From a virus (lineage: Duplodnaviria > Caudoviricetes), in the IMG/VR virus record IMGVR_UViG_3300006639_000021, positions 1-26,436 of that record: a DNA stretch of 26,436 bases, one strand, 5' to 3'. The translations under genes and the position numbers were made by a program. The notes below the pieces were generated by a model, which was not told the DNA's origin, searched no databases, and saw only the letters and a list, made by a program, of their open reading frames with translations. This document shows, one piece after another, positions 15,901-23,996 of this stretch (its first letter is position 1; each line of letters opens with the position of its first letter).

Positions 15901-18879
15901 CTTCTTCCCAGCCGCAGACGCGAGGTAGGCATCCGCTGTCTGACGCACCGCTGCGCTCTGGTTGTAGAACTTCGTCATCAGCGCCCGGTATTCAGCGGGC
16001 GGCAACAGGTTGGCTAGACCCTTGTGGAAAACTTCGTGGAAGATGGTCTTCTGCCCCTCGACACCATCAGCGATGCCGCTGCGGAACAGGTAGATCTTCC
16101 CACCCTGGAGTGCACCGGCCCTGGAGCCCGGGGCCTGCTTGTTGTCAAAGTCCGTGACGTCATCGAGAATGGTGATGTCGACGCTGCCACCCAGTGCCCG
16201 CTCGATGTCCGCAACGATCTTGCGAAGTTGGGCGTCAGAGACGACACCTTGGACGAGCGGGGTTTGAGGAATGGTGCGGTACTTAGACTCGTCCCCGTAT
16301 CTAGCGATCAGATCCTGCGCAGCCTTGATACTCTCGGGTCTGTTCTTGACCCGCTCACCTTTTCCGTCAGTATGTTGTCCGTAGAACGTGCCATACTCGC
16401 GCTGAGAAATCCTGCCCGAGATGCGTTCGATTTGTTCAACGAGGTCAGCGCGTTCAGCGGCGGTGAGTTTGGCGGGGACCTGCGCCTCCCGACTAGACCG
16501 TAACGCTCTAGCTTCATCAGAAATAGCTACACCACTTTCAAGTGGCGGCAGCTTAAATCCTAGTTTTTCAAAAGCGTCATAAAGAGCAGTACCGACACCC
16601 TTGCGACGGTCAGCTTCACGCACAGACACATCTATAGGACCGCCCCCAGGCATGTAAGTCAACCTGCCGGTTTCTTCCCCTTTGTCATTTGTAGCTACTA
16701 ATGAGCGCGGTTCCCCGTACTGCGTCCTAACAAGAGGCGCAAATGCGTTAGGGGCTGAAACCTGCGATATTCGTATTTGTTCGCCGGTTTTGAGTGTAGC
16801 TACTGCAACGGGCTCGCCTGTTTCTCTGCCAGCAGGCTGTCCAGCATCCTCGACAGGAGGAACCACTCCGCTTGGCTCAGGGGCTCCAGCCCCTTCGGTG
16901 GGGGTGACGGCAGCGGGTCCGCCAGCCACTGGAGCGCCTGCTCCACTTGGTTGTTCGTCAGGTTGGACAGCACTTGGAGTCTCCGGTTCAGCCGCCACGG
17001 GCGGCGTCGGTTCGGGCACCGTAGGTGCCGGGGTAGGTTCAGCCGCCACGGGCGGCGTCGGGGTGGGTTCAAACCGAGCCTTGAACTCGGTCAGCTTGGC
17101 ACGCGATTCTTCGCTGCCAAGGCCTTTGGTCAGGTACTTCTCGATGTCCTCAAGGATGGCTTGTCGCTGCCCAGCATCCTCCATGTCCTTGCCAAGCATG
17201 CGCCGGTAGATCGGCTGCTTCTTGGTGATACCCAACGCCTCGATGTCAGTGGGTTGTAGACCCGTCGTCGAAGCAGCAGGGGCACCCACCTTACGAACGG
17301 TGGGCTCTTCGACAAGCGCTGTTGGCGCCGTAGGCGGTGTCCACCGCCCTCCACCGATCTCGACCAGACGGGCATCAAGCTCATCGAACTTCCGACGCGA
17401 AGGGCTCTTCGGTGCCGGGGGCTTGCCATTGACCAGCATGTCCTCACGCTGCTGGCGCAGACGCGCAATCTCTTCGCGACGTGCTTGGGTAGGATCGAAC
17501 TCCTCGCGGGGCGTCACAGCCGCTACGGCTGCTTCATCAGCAGGAAGGAACCTATCTGCACCCCGCTTGTTGGCTACGCGTTGCTCGACATCTTCGCGCT
17601 GCCTGCGGCCCCGTTCAGCTTCCAGGGCCTTGATCGCTTCGTCGCGATACTTGGTAGGGCGCTCCTGTTTCAGAGCCTCAATCGCCTGCGTCAGCTTTGG
17701 GTAAGCCTCGTTGATGGGCAACCCCAGCGTCTCGTCAATCGTGGATTGGGCAGTGTTGGCCGGTGCCGCTTTCGCAGCCTCCGCCGCCTGACGCTCGGCC
17801 TCTCGCTTGGCCTTGACGACGTCGATCTCGGTCTGGCCCGGGGCAGCAGGCTCGGCTCCCGGTTCACGTACCGGTGCACCGCCTACCAGCGTGCCAAGAC
17901 CCAAGCCGCCGAGGGCACCAAAGCCAGCCGCAGCACCCGCGCCTGTGAGCGGAGAGATCGTGGGGTCGACCTCTGCCATGCCAACGCCCCTGGCGATGGC
18001 TCCTCCGGCCTCTTCGATCGACTCAGTGCCCGCCTCTCTGAGGCCTGTGGTGATGCGCCCTGCACCGGGCACGCCGGGTAATCCAGCCAGCCTGCGTTCG
18101 ATTGCCGAGCCGCCCGGAATCCGAGAGGTGGCTACGGAGATAGCCCCGGCTTCCAGCCCTGCGACACGCGCCTTCTGCTCGGCCACAGCCCGAGCTTCGT
18201 CCTCAGGCATGCCCTGCTTGATGGCAAGGTCGTACACCGCTTGGTAGGTGTCAGCGCCGATGTCAGCACCCTGCATCGCAGCGCCTGTGCCCACGGCAGC
18301 GGCAGCAGCACGGTTCTTGAGGGCATCAACAGCAGCGTCCCGTGCAGTACCTTCAGCGGCAGCTCGCACCGCGCCACGCCCGAGCATGGTGGTGACTTTG
18401 ACCGCAGCGGCAGGGCCGAGGAGTTGGGGTAGCTGCTCTGTCAGGAACGTCGACAGGAGCGCCGGGTCTTTGATCGTCTGCCCGACGGCAGTGGCGAACT
18501 CAGCGAGGAAGCCATCCTTCTCAGCCTCACTCAGTGCCCGACTGCGCAGCGCCTCGCGGGCTTTCAGCCCAGCGGACTTGAGACTTTCACCGTATTCGGA
18601 CAGGGCTTCGCCGGGAGCCGCAAGCGCTTCGCCAAGGCCCCGCCCGCCTGGGATGAGTCCGACAAGCTGACCCGGGAAGGCCAGTGTGGCACCGGTACCC
18701 CGAGCGAGAGCAGCGCCAATGTCCTGAGCGGCTTCGCCCCAAGTGCGTTCGGTTGAGGGGGGTTCGGGGGCAGCAGGCCCCGCCATTTGACTGGCAATCT
18801 GAGCCAGCCTCCTTGCCGCTTCTACATCACCCGCCGCATCGGCGTTTCTCAGGGCTTGGAGGACTTGGTTCAGATTCAT
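12991..18879 (-). CDS. large polyvalent internal virion / ejection protein (1962 aa) with GNAT, zincin-like HExxH and LPD38-like C-terminal regions
   Basis: Start set at ATG 18879, just after the upstream stop. Gly/Ala-rich N-terminus, DRRKGVGTALY, FHEVFHKG...EEALAE, C-terminal INFSRRG..IPFFNA...RNWIIP..IPIPPEL. Confidence 0.8.
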   Translation of the reverse strand: MNLNQVLQALRNADAAGDVEAARRLAQIASQMAGPAAPEPPSTERTWGEAAQDIGAALARGTGATLAFPGQLVGLIPGGRGLGEALAAPGEALSEYGESLKSAGLKAREALRSRALSEAEKDGFLAEFATAVGQTIKDPALLSTFLTEQLPQLLGPAAAVKVTTMLGRGAVRAAAEGTARDAAVDALKNRAAAAAVGTGAAMQGADIGADTYQAVYDLAIKQGMPEDEARAVAEQKARVAGLEAGAISVATSRIPGGSAIERRLAGLPGVPGAGRITTGLREAGTESIEEAGGAIARGVGMAEVDPTISPLTGAGAAAGFGALGGLGLGTLVGGAPVREPGAEPAAPGQTEIDVVKAKREAERQAAEAAKAAPANTAQSTIDETLGLPINEAYPKLTQAIEALKQERPTKYRDEAIKALEAERGRRQREDVEQRVANKRGADRFLPADEAAVAAVTPREEFDPTQARREEIARLRQQREDMLVNGKPPAPKSPSRRKFDELDARLVEIGGGRWTPPTAPTALVEEPTVRKVGAPAASTTGLQPTDIEALGITKKQPIYRRMLGKDMEDAGQRQAILEDIEKYLTKGLGSEESRAKLTEFKARFEPTPTPPVAAEPTPAPTVPEPTPPVAAEPETPSAVQPDEQPSGAGAPVAGGPAAVTPTEGAGAPEPSGVVPPVEDAGQPAGRETGEPVAVATLKTGEQIRISQVSAPNAFAPLVRTQYGEPRSLVATNDKGEETGRLTYMPGGGPIDVSVREADRRKGVGTALYDAFEKLGFKLPPLESGVAISDEARALRSSREAQVPAKLTAAERADLVEQIERISGRISQREYGTFYGQHTDGKGERVKNRPESIKAAQDLIARYGDESKYRTIPQTPLVQGVVSDAQLRKIVADIERALGGSVDITILDDVTDFDNKQAPGSRAGALQGGKIYLFRSGIADGVEGQKTIFHEVFHKGLANLLPPAEYRALMTKFYNQSAAVRQTADAYLASAAGKKDTEGMSPEEARVLAVEEALAEMAEATKLTGSTLRQLGNFFARLADRIGMPGLARAIRTMGLDPLQAFIRDAIQAGIKPSTATGQTRYRSLVGEKEERTLGQSLQAKLGGNLALGFRAQAMDQLAGVDYVFTRAYGNRIRDNRGDYNPVFLLSRALDAPRFATEVKKYGTMRRDPTGLLSVDTLTYNGQQISYNKVLEEIAAEAKVRGIKPETFLKDVGELLASHREYELMNSPQAAGLDFFLTPQEAATAEQAFQSDAFIKGVSEKLDQIRFTMIDAMVEAGRITPAKAQVWKDAIGYVPFSRIDDFDNLALPQGGGSNAKLTAFKEIAKYKGSQDRQTQNPVESFSKLMDWMVNESMKADAVGRALPEMELLGYADFVPNRAAVDNNKQGALVDAYVNGQKKVFYVPDPANLAAFIGTPKTDIPLMIRGAQKFSKYLRIGVTATPPFAIKQVFDDITRAYVHSGVKNPAAMLPRILLNFPLNWWNEIRGTESAAVRELARSGVVPAYDTVIGGNVKNILEETGLAPRSIGKAILRIMEAGAKASDVAVREAIYNQTLKETGDRALAELRAREIINFSRRGASRTADYLIRTIPFFNAYARSMDKLLLAAAGNPSAQRSIGATTGYARNLFYKRMGVLTVMGFGYAVMMSDDEEYQKQPDHVRDRNWIIPGGKELGFVPGIPIPPELSFFFKAIPERVVQYFKFQGTPEERDGIRVLKELMLNGVDLFWAPNLTPQIVKPVLENLMNYSFFLGRPLESQAQLALDPSERYGTGTSETMKAASRTLTDIATSTGIESLKTSPIMLENLVRGMFGMSAGIALSVADVMVNPTRTDRPLHQTIAAQLTGASAVMKDPVGMRYLDEIYNLDRSVEQVYNSYNRKLKDNPEDAEKYLKDNFGLYVVRSEVRSTMEAIRALNAQARAIDKMTDLSPEERRVIINDLRTQQNDLARDVYRLRRQVTEEQRMMDASR
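16985..17061. repeat. 26-bp direct repeat encoding PTPPVAAEP in a Pro-rich linker
   Basis: GGTTCAGCCGCCACGGGCGGCGTCGG at 16985-17010 and 17036-17061. Confidence 0.85.
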
Positions 18880-18880
18880 A

Positions 18881-20323
18881 TCACTTCGGTGCTGTGTACC
18901 GCTCGATGAGTGCCCTGTCTTCAGCGGACAAGGTAGCGCCCGGGGCCGCACTGGCTTGACCGGAGGTTGAACCCATTCTAGCTACACCATACTCCTGTGC
19001 AAGCTGGTTAAGTGCCGCCTCGGCATTTCGGACGCGTTCTTGGGCTCTAGGATTGCTCGGCGCAACAGCCAGAAGTTTCACCGCTTCTTCGTATTCTTTA
19101 GCCAAACCGGAGTACTTCGGGTCTTGACGCATAGTCCGCATACGCGTTAGTGCAAGGGATTCCTCCGAGGAACCACTGGCGGGTCGTGAGGCAGAGGTAG
19201 CAGAAGCATCCGCGCTGATCCGGCGAGTCTCCAACTCGTAAGACTTTTCGTTCATAGCAGCGCGGATTTCCGCCGCCTTGAGCTTGGCTCGGCGTTCACC
19301 CTCAACGTCCTTCTCCGCACGTGCCAGACGTGCTTCAGCTTCCGCTTTGGCGAGTTCCTGACGGAGCTTGACGAGGTTGGCCTTAGCTTCCCTTTGTTCC
19401 TTCTTCTGGCCTGCACGGGCTCTGACCAGACCAGTAGCAGCACCCATCAGCGTGTCACCGAGACGGTCTGTACCCTTCATGCCCTCAAGGATTGCGGACA
19501 TGAGTTCAGGGTTCTCGAAGATGTTCAGCGCTTGCTGCGCTTCAAGCTCCCGCATCTGCTGTTCCGCAGGGTCCATCGACGCTTTCAGCATCGCGTCATA
19601 GGCTTGCCGTGCTTCAAGGACTCGGGGGTCTACCGCTGCGGTACCCTCAACGTCCTTTGCCAACTGCTCGGTCATCCGAAGGTACTCTGCCAATCCGCCC
19701 CTCTGCGGTGCGGCAGCACCACCAGCACCCCCAACACCGGCACCACCAGCAGTGCGAGCGACAGGGGGGCGAGCAGACGGAGTAGGGCCAGCGGGCGGCG
19801 TAGCCGCAGCGGCAGCGGCGAGTCCAGCGGGAGCCGCGAAAGTAGGCGGACGGTTAGGGTCTCGATACGCCTGCTCCAATGCCGCTGCGTCCCTCGAAGC
19901 TGCGCGTTCTTGCGCTCCGGGACGCTCACGAGGTTGCGGGACGTTACCTCCCAAACGCTCTATGATGTAGTCAACAATGGGTCTGTCGAGCAGCCCTTCC
20001 GCCACGAGGTCTTCATCAAGACCTTCAAGGTCAGCTTCCGCCAGACCACCCTTATCGAACGCCACCATCCCACCACTGGCCATCCCTGGCACGGGCTGCT
20101 GTGCCTGTATCTGCTGAAGTGCCATCTCCAACTGATCTTTGATGGTAGGCGGCATCTGCTGCGCCTGTGACATCGCCCGCTGGCCTTGGGCAGCACGTCC
20201 GAGGTTCGCTGTCTTGACAGCCTCATTCAGCGCGAGCAGTTGTTGAAACGGCTGCGGTTGAGACGCCATCGGATTGGGGTTACGGGGGGCGATAGCCCCA
20301 AGTCCAGCGTTCATCATGGTCAC
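18881..20323 (-). CDS. putative internal virion / DNA ejection protein
   Basis: Ala/Gln-rich and coiled-coil, GMASGGMVAFDKGG motif, synteny between tail genes and the large internal protein. Confidence 0.65.
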   Translation of the reverse strand: MTMMNAGLGAIAPRNPNPMASQPQPFQQLLALNEAVKTANLGRAAQGQRAMSQAQQMPPTIKDQLEMALQQIQAQQPVPGMASGGMVAFDKGGLAEADLEGLDEDLVAEGLLDRPIVDYIIERLGGNVPQPRERPGAQERAASRDAAALEQAYRDPNRPPTFAAPAGLAAAAAATPPAGPTPSARPPVARTAGGAGVGGAGGAAAPQRGGLAEYLRMTEQLAKDVEGTAAVDPRVLEARQAYDAMLKASMDPAEQQMRELEAQQALNIFENPELMSAILEGMKGTDRLGDTLMGAATGLVRARAGQKKEQREAKANLVKLRQELAKAEAEARLARAEKDVEGERRAKLKAAEIRAAMNEKSYELETRRISADASATSASRPASGSSEESLALTRMRTMRQDPKYSGLAKEYEEAVKLLAVAPSNPRAQERVRNAEAALNQLAQEYGVARMGSTSGQASAAPGATLSAEDRALIERYTAPK

Positions 20324-21348
20324 TTCCCAGCCCTAGAGAAATAGTCCATCAGGTTATACGCACCGAGCCCGCCTTGGATAGCGGCAGAAGCTGCCGACTG
20401 ACCTTGCGTACCGGGCTCGTACGCGTTAGCCCGTACGGGAAGTCCTTGCAGCAACGACGACATGTACGTCGCCGCCTCCCGAGGTGCAGCCACCGACTCC
20501 TCGAACTGCTTGTAGCCGAAGTCGAGCGGCTCCTGAGCGATCCGGCGCTGCTCTTTGCCTGCGGCCAGTTGATCCGCAAGCGACTTGAGCCCGTACTCGG
20601 CACCAAACTGCTTCGACTCTTCCCCGTACTTCTGCGCGGTGAGGCCGAGCGTGGCTTCTTTCATCCGCTGCTCCATCGCCCGGTCGTAGGCAGACTGCAA
20701 GCCCTTGGAGCGAATGTCCCCGATCTGCGTGCCCAGGTTGCGCTGGCGCTCGGCCTCCATGATGGCCTGCCTGCTGCCGCCATAGGCCCCGGCACGGGCG
20801 AGCCGCCCCTGCTCCGCTTGGCGTCCAATGTCCGCTTCGCGTCGAGCTTCCCGCGCCTCGATGTCAGTCACCGCCGACATGTACGGCGACATGTAGTCCT
20901 GCACGGAGCCAACCTGCCCCAGGCCAGTGTTGAACTGCGTCGGGTCGTACCCGCCGAGCGCGCCAAGGCCCGCGAAGGCCTGAGACTCCAGCGGCGAGTA
21001 CCCTGCACCGTACTGGCCCGTGGTGGGGTCCATCTGACCGAACGCGAAGCGCTGACCGGTGAACGGGGTGAACGGCATGTTTGCCGCTTCCCAGCCCTTG
21101 CCGAGCATGCCGTAGACATACGGCGCGAAGTTGGGGCTCAGTGTCGACTGAGACGGGTCGATAGCGGGCGGTGGGGTGGTAGTGGTCACATCACCTCCAG
21201 AAGCAGTTTGGAGCCTATTTTCCGAAGTCCACGTAGACGGATCGCTTTGCGGGACCATGCTCGCCAGCTTTTGCATTCCGTTAGTGCCGGTACTCGCGGA
21301 AGTGCCAGTAGACGGAAATAGTGCAGCGGCGGAAGTTCCGTACATCAC
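20320..21348 (-). CDS. putative DNA transfer / pilot-type virion protein
   Basis: YMSPYMSAV...AGAYGGSRQAIME motif typical of podovirus ejection proteins. Start/stop overlaps with both neighbours. Confidence 0.7.
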   Translation of the reverse strand: MMYGTSAAALFPSTGTSASTGTNGMQKLASMVPQSDPSTWTSENRLQTASGGDVTTTTPPPAIDPSQSTLSPNFAPYVYGMLGKGWEAANMPFTPFTGQRFAFGQMDPTTGQYGAGYSPLESQAFAGLGALGGYDPTQFNTGLGQVGSVQDYMSPYMSAVTDIEAREARREADIGRQAEQGRLARAGAYGGSRQAIMEAERQRNLGTQIGDIRSKGLQSAYDRAMEQRMKEATLGLTAQKYGEESKQFGAEYGLKSLADQLAAGKEQRRIAQEPLDFGYKQFEESVAAPREAATYMSSLLQGLPVRANAYEPGTQGQSAASAAIQGGLGAYNLMDYFSRAGK

Positions 21349-22001
21349 GCTCTCCTCTCAAGGGCACTCATCAGCCCGTACATGCGTTTGGGGCCACCAG
21401 CCTGCTGCACTGCATGGCGGGGGACGTAGGCTTCGCCGTTTGACACCCGGGCCGGAGTCTGTCCTCTGGGCCCGCTGATTGTCGCCGGGATGCTGTCGCT
21501 TGTGCCAGTCCCCGGACCGCGAATCATGCGTGCTTGGGGCAGCGCCGCCGCCAAACCCCGAGGACCACCCGCGCCGTCGACGGCACGTTTGGTCAGAACG
21601 AAGCCACCATCTTCCATGTGGACGGGGCCACCTTGGGCGTAGGCGTGCATCAGACCACCGTTGGCTGCGTAGCGCACGAGATCACTGTACTTGCCGGGGT
21701 TCTTCACTTCGACAAGCTGACGTGGAGCCGTCATGCCATAGGAGACGCCGCCCCCGGTGGGTTTGGTCCCGCGCCGACGATCTTTCGCACTGGCGAGCGC
21801 TGCCAAGATGCTGAGCAGCCCCTTGGGGGTAGATGCGAATCCCAACGCACCGCGCAACAGTCCGCTGAGGTCGAAGCCAGAGCCCCCATAGGCACGATCT
21901 TCGTTGAAACCGAACATAGTGGGATCAACTCCCCCCGCACCGGAGTCGTCCATGTAAGGCTCGGTGTAATCATCACCGAAAAGCAAGTATGGGTCCATCA
22001 C
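21345..22001 (-). CDS. virion-associated protein with GPGTGTSDSIPA motif
   Basis: YAANGG, YAQGG, IRGPGTGTSDSIPA...ARVSNGEAYVP. Coupled to neighbours. Confidence 0.7.
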   Translation of the reverse strand: MMDPYLLFGDDYTEPYMDDSGAGGVDPTMFGFNEDRAYGGSGFDLSGLLRGALGFASTPKGLLSILAALASAKDRRRGTKPTGGGVSYGMTAPRQLVEVKNPGKYSDLVRYAANGGLMHAYAQGGPVHMEDGGFVLTKRAVDGAGGPRGLAAALPQARMIRGPGTGTSDSIPATISGPRGQTPARVSNGEAYVPRHAVQQAGGPKRMYGLMSALERRA

Positions 22002-23185
22002 GCTTCTCCAAAATCGTAGGCCAACAGCGGGCCGTAGGGTCCTTGGGCCGTACCGTACAACAGGCGTCGTGTGGCGGCGACTTCTGGCGTTGTGGCAGCG
22101 GGGGTCGTTGGTGCAGTTACCGCAGCGGAAGGTTCAGGCCCGCCAGATTCGTACAGGTTGGAGTCCGGTGAAACGTATGCACGTGTCGGAGTGGTCACTC
22201 CCGGCGTTGCAGGGATAGGTGCTGAAGGAGTCCCGCCGAACAGCCCCCTGATGCCTTGTGCGCCCCGGTTGATTGCATCAGTGATGGAGCTGACAAACCC
22301 GGTACCTTGTCCGGCCTGCGGTTGAACCGCGCCGGAGACACTCCTTTGGATGGCAGGACCAAGGCCAGTCTCTTTCGCGACGATAGGTGCGAGCGCACCA
22401 AGCCCTGCACGGCCAAGAGCACCGGTTGCCAGCCCAGAGGCTGCACGCCCTGCGGCGGACCCGACACGCCCTTCGAGGAGATCACCGAGCATTGGGCCAC
22501 CACCGGGAAGACCAGCCGCCCGCGCCGCAGCTTCCAGTCCAAAACCCATCAAAGCCTGACCGGGCGTCGTGCGCCCTTCGGCGATGTCAGCACCCGAGCG
22601 AAGCGCGTTGAACGCAAACGCCATACCCGGAGGAAGCCCTGCTGTGAACAGCGAAGGTCCGTATTCGGTGAGGAAATCGTTGGCACGGAACGAGTTCAGC
22701 AGTTGCTGCGCAGTCTGGTCAGGGTTGTTGGGGTTGAGTCCTTCTAGATCACCATACCCCATACCAACAAGCGAGCGTACTGCTTCCCGCTCGTTCATCC
22801 CACTCCGGCCATAGACCGGCGTAGTCAATCCGGGTTCCGTTGGTGTGGTAGCAGGCCCAACAGAGCCGAGACCACGTGTACCAGATGAAACTGGCTCCCG
22901 TGCGTATGGATCAAAAGTACGCGGACCAAGAAGGTCTGCGGACCCACCGAGCATGTCAAAGTAGTCTTGGTAGACACCCCGAACTTCGGGGCTCATGACA
23001 TAGGATTCAGAGGGCGTAGACGGCGAAGGCGGCGCACTGGGGGCGTATCCGCCCGTATTCGGATCAAAATACGAGAACGGATCGTTTATCGTTGTCGGGT
23101 CAGACCCAGTACTCGCGTTGCTCGCAGAAGCCGCGTCCATACTGGACACCGCGTCCATCGCTTCGCTCATCTCACTTGGACTCAT
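21998..23185 (-). CDS. hypothetical low-complexity virion-module protein
   Basis: Long ORF filling the operon, GAGG SD, Gly/Ala/Pro/Thr-rich. Confidence 0.65.
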   Translation of the reverse strand: MSPSEMSEAMDAVSSMDAASASNASTGSDPTTINDPFSYFDPNTGGYAPSAPPSPSTPSESYVMSPEVRGVYQDYFDMLGGSADLLGPRTFDPYAREPVSSGTRGLGSVGPATTPTEPGLTTPVYGRSGMNEREAVRSLVGMGYGDLEGLNPNNPDQTAQQLLNSFRANDFLTEYGPSLFTAGLPPGMAFAFNALRSGADIAEGRTTPGQALMGFGLEAAARAAGLPGGGPMLGDLLEGRVGSAAGRAASGLATGALGRAGLGALAPIVAKETGLGPAIQRSVSGAVQPQAGQGTGFVSSITDAINRGAQGIRGLFGGTPSAPIPATPGVTTPTRAYVSPDSNLYESGGPEPSAAVTAPTTPAATTPEVAATRRLLYGTAQGPYGPLLAYDFGEA

Positions 23186-23192
23186 ATCAGCC

Positions 23193-23996
23193 TCACGGTG
23201 GAAGGGTCGGCCTCGGCTCAGGGAGCGGGGCGATGAAGTTTACAGACAACACTGACGATGCGCCAGTGGGATATGGTGCGGTGGCAGCAACGGTTGCGAA
23301 CTTAATGGCGGTGTAGTCGTTACTGACCGACGTTTCCAACTCAATGTACTCGCCCGCAGCTAAGTCGATGTTGAAGTTCCAAGTGATCTCGACGTAATCA
23401 CCGTTGTCTTTGACAGTATTGATCCGTGTAGAGTACGGGATGTCAGACCCATTACGCGTGATCCAGAGCGATACCGACTTAGCATTGCCGCTGGAACTCA
23501 ATAACTGACCGGTGTACTGAAAGTTGTAAACACCGCTGACAAGGACTTCGATCTTTGACGCCGTGTCCGCTGTCCCTGTGCCAGCGCCAACGCCCGTTGC
23601 AACAAAAACAACGCCTACTGTGTTCGACGCCGCACCGATAAGCGTGAAGTCAGTAGTGCCGATGGTTTTAATAACGTAAGTAATACCAACAACAAACGAA
23701 CCCGCCGTGACTGTAGTGGTCTGTATTTGTACAGCGTTGCTCAGATACGTCTGGTTGAATCCGATCGCGTTGGCGGTGTCGTCCGCTGTGAATAACTGGT
23801 CCGACGTGTTGAAAAACACCCCGTTGGGGCAGTCGATGAACTGCCCACCGTTGCGGCCCAGCACCTTGTCGAAGACGTTCTGGATCTGGTTGAAGAACAG
23901 CCGCAGCACGTTGTTGTGCGCGTCCAAGTACTGGCGTGAGTAGTCCGGCGTCGGCAGAGGCAGCGCCGGGTTGGTGGGCTTGTTGAGGAAGCTCAA
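23193..23996 (-). CDS. tail-associated protein with C1q/BclA-like beta-sandwich
   Basis: N-terminal PALPLP...LRLFFNQ and SGVYNFQYTGQL...LWITRNG...LAAGEYIEL. TTG start overlaps the upstream TGA. Confidence 0.6.
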   Translation of the reverse strand: MSFLNKPTNPALPLPTPDYSRQYLDAHNNVLRLFFNQIQNVFDKVLGRNGGQFIDCPNGVFFNTSDQLFTADDTANAIGFNQTYLSNAVQIQTTTVTAGSFVVGITYVIKTIGTTDFTLIGAASNTVGVVFVATGVGAGTGTADTASKIEVLVSGVYNFQYTGQLLSSSGNAKSVSLWITRNGSDIPYSTRINTVKDNGDYVEITWNFNIDLAAGEYIELETSVSNDYTAIKFATVAATAPYPTGASSVLSVNFIAPLPEPRPTLPP

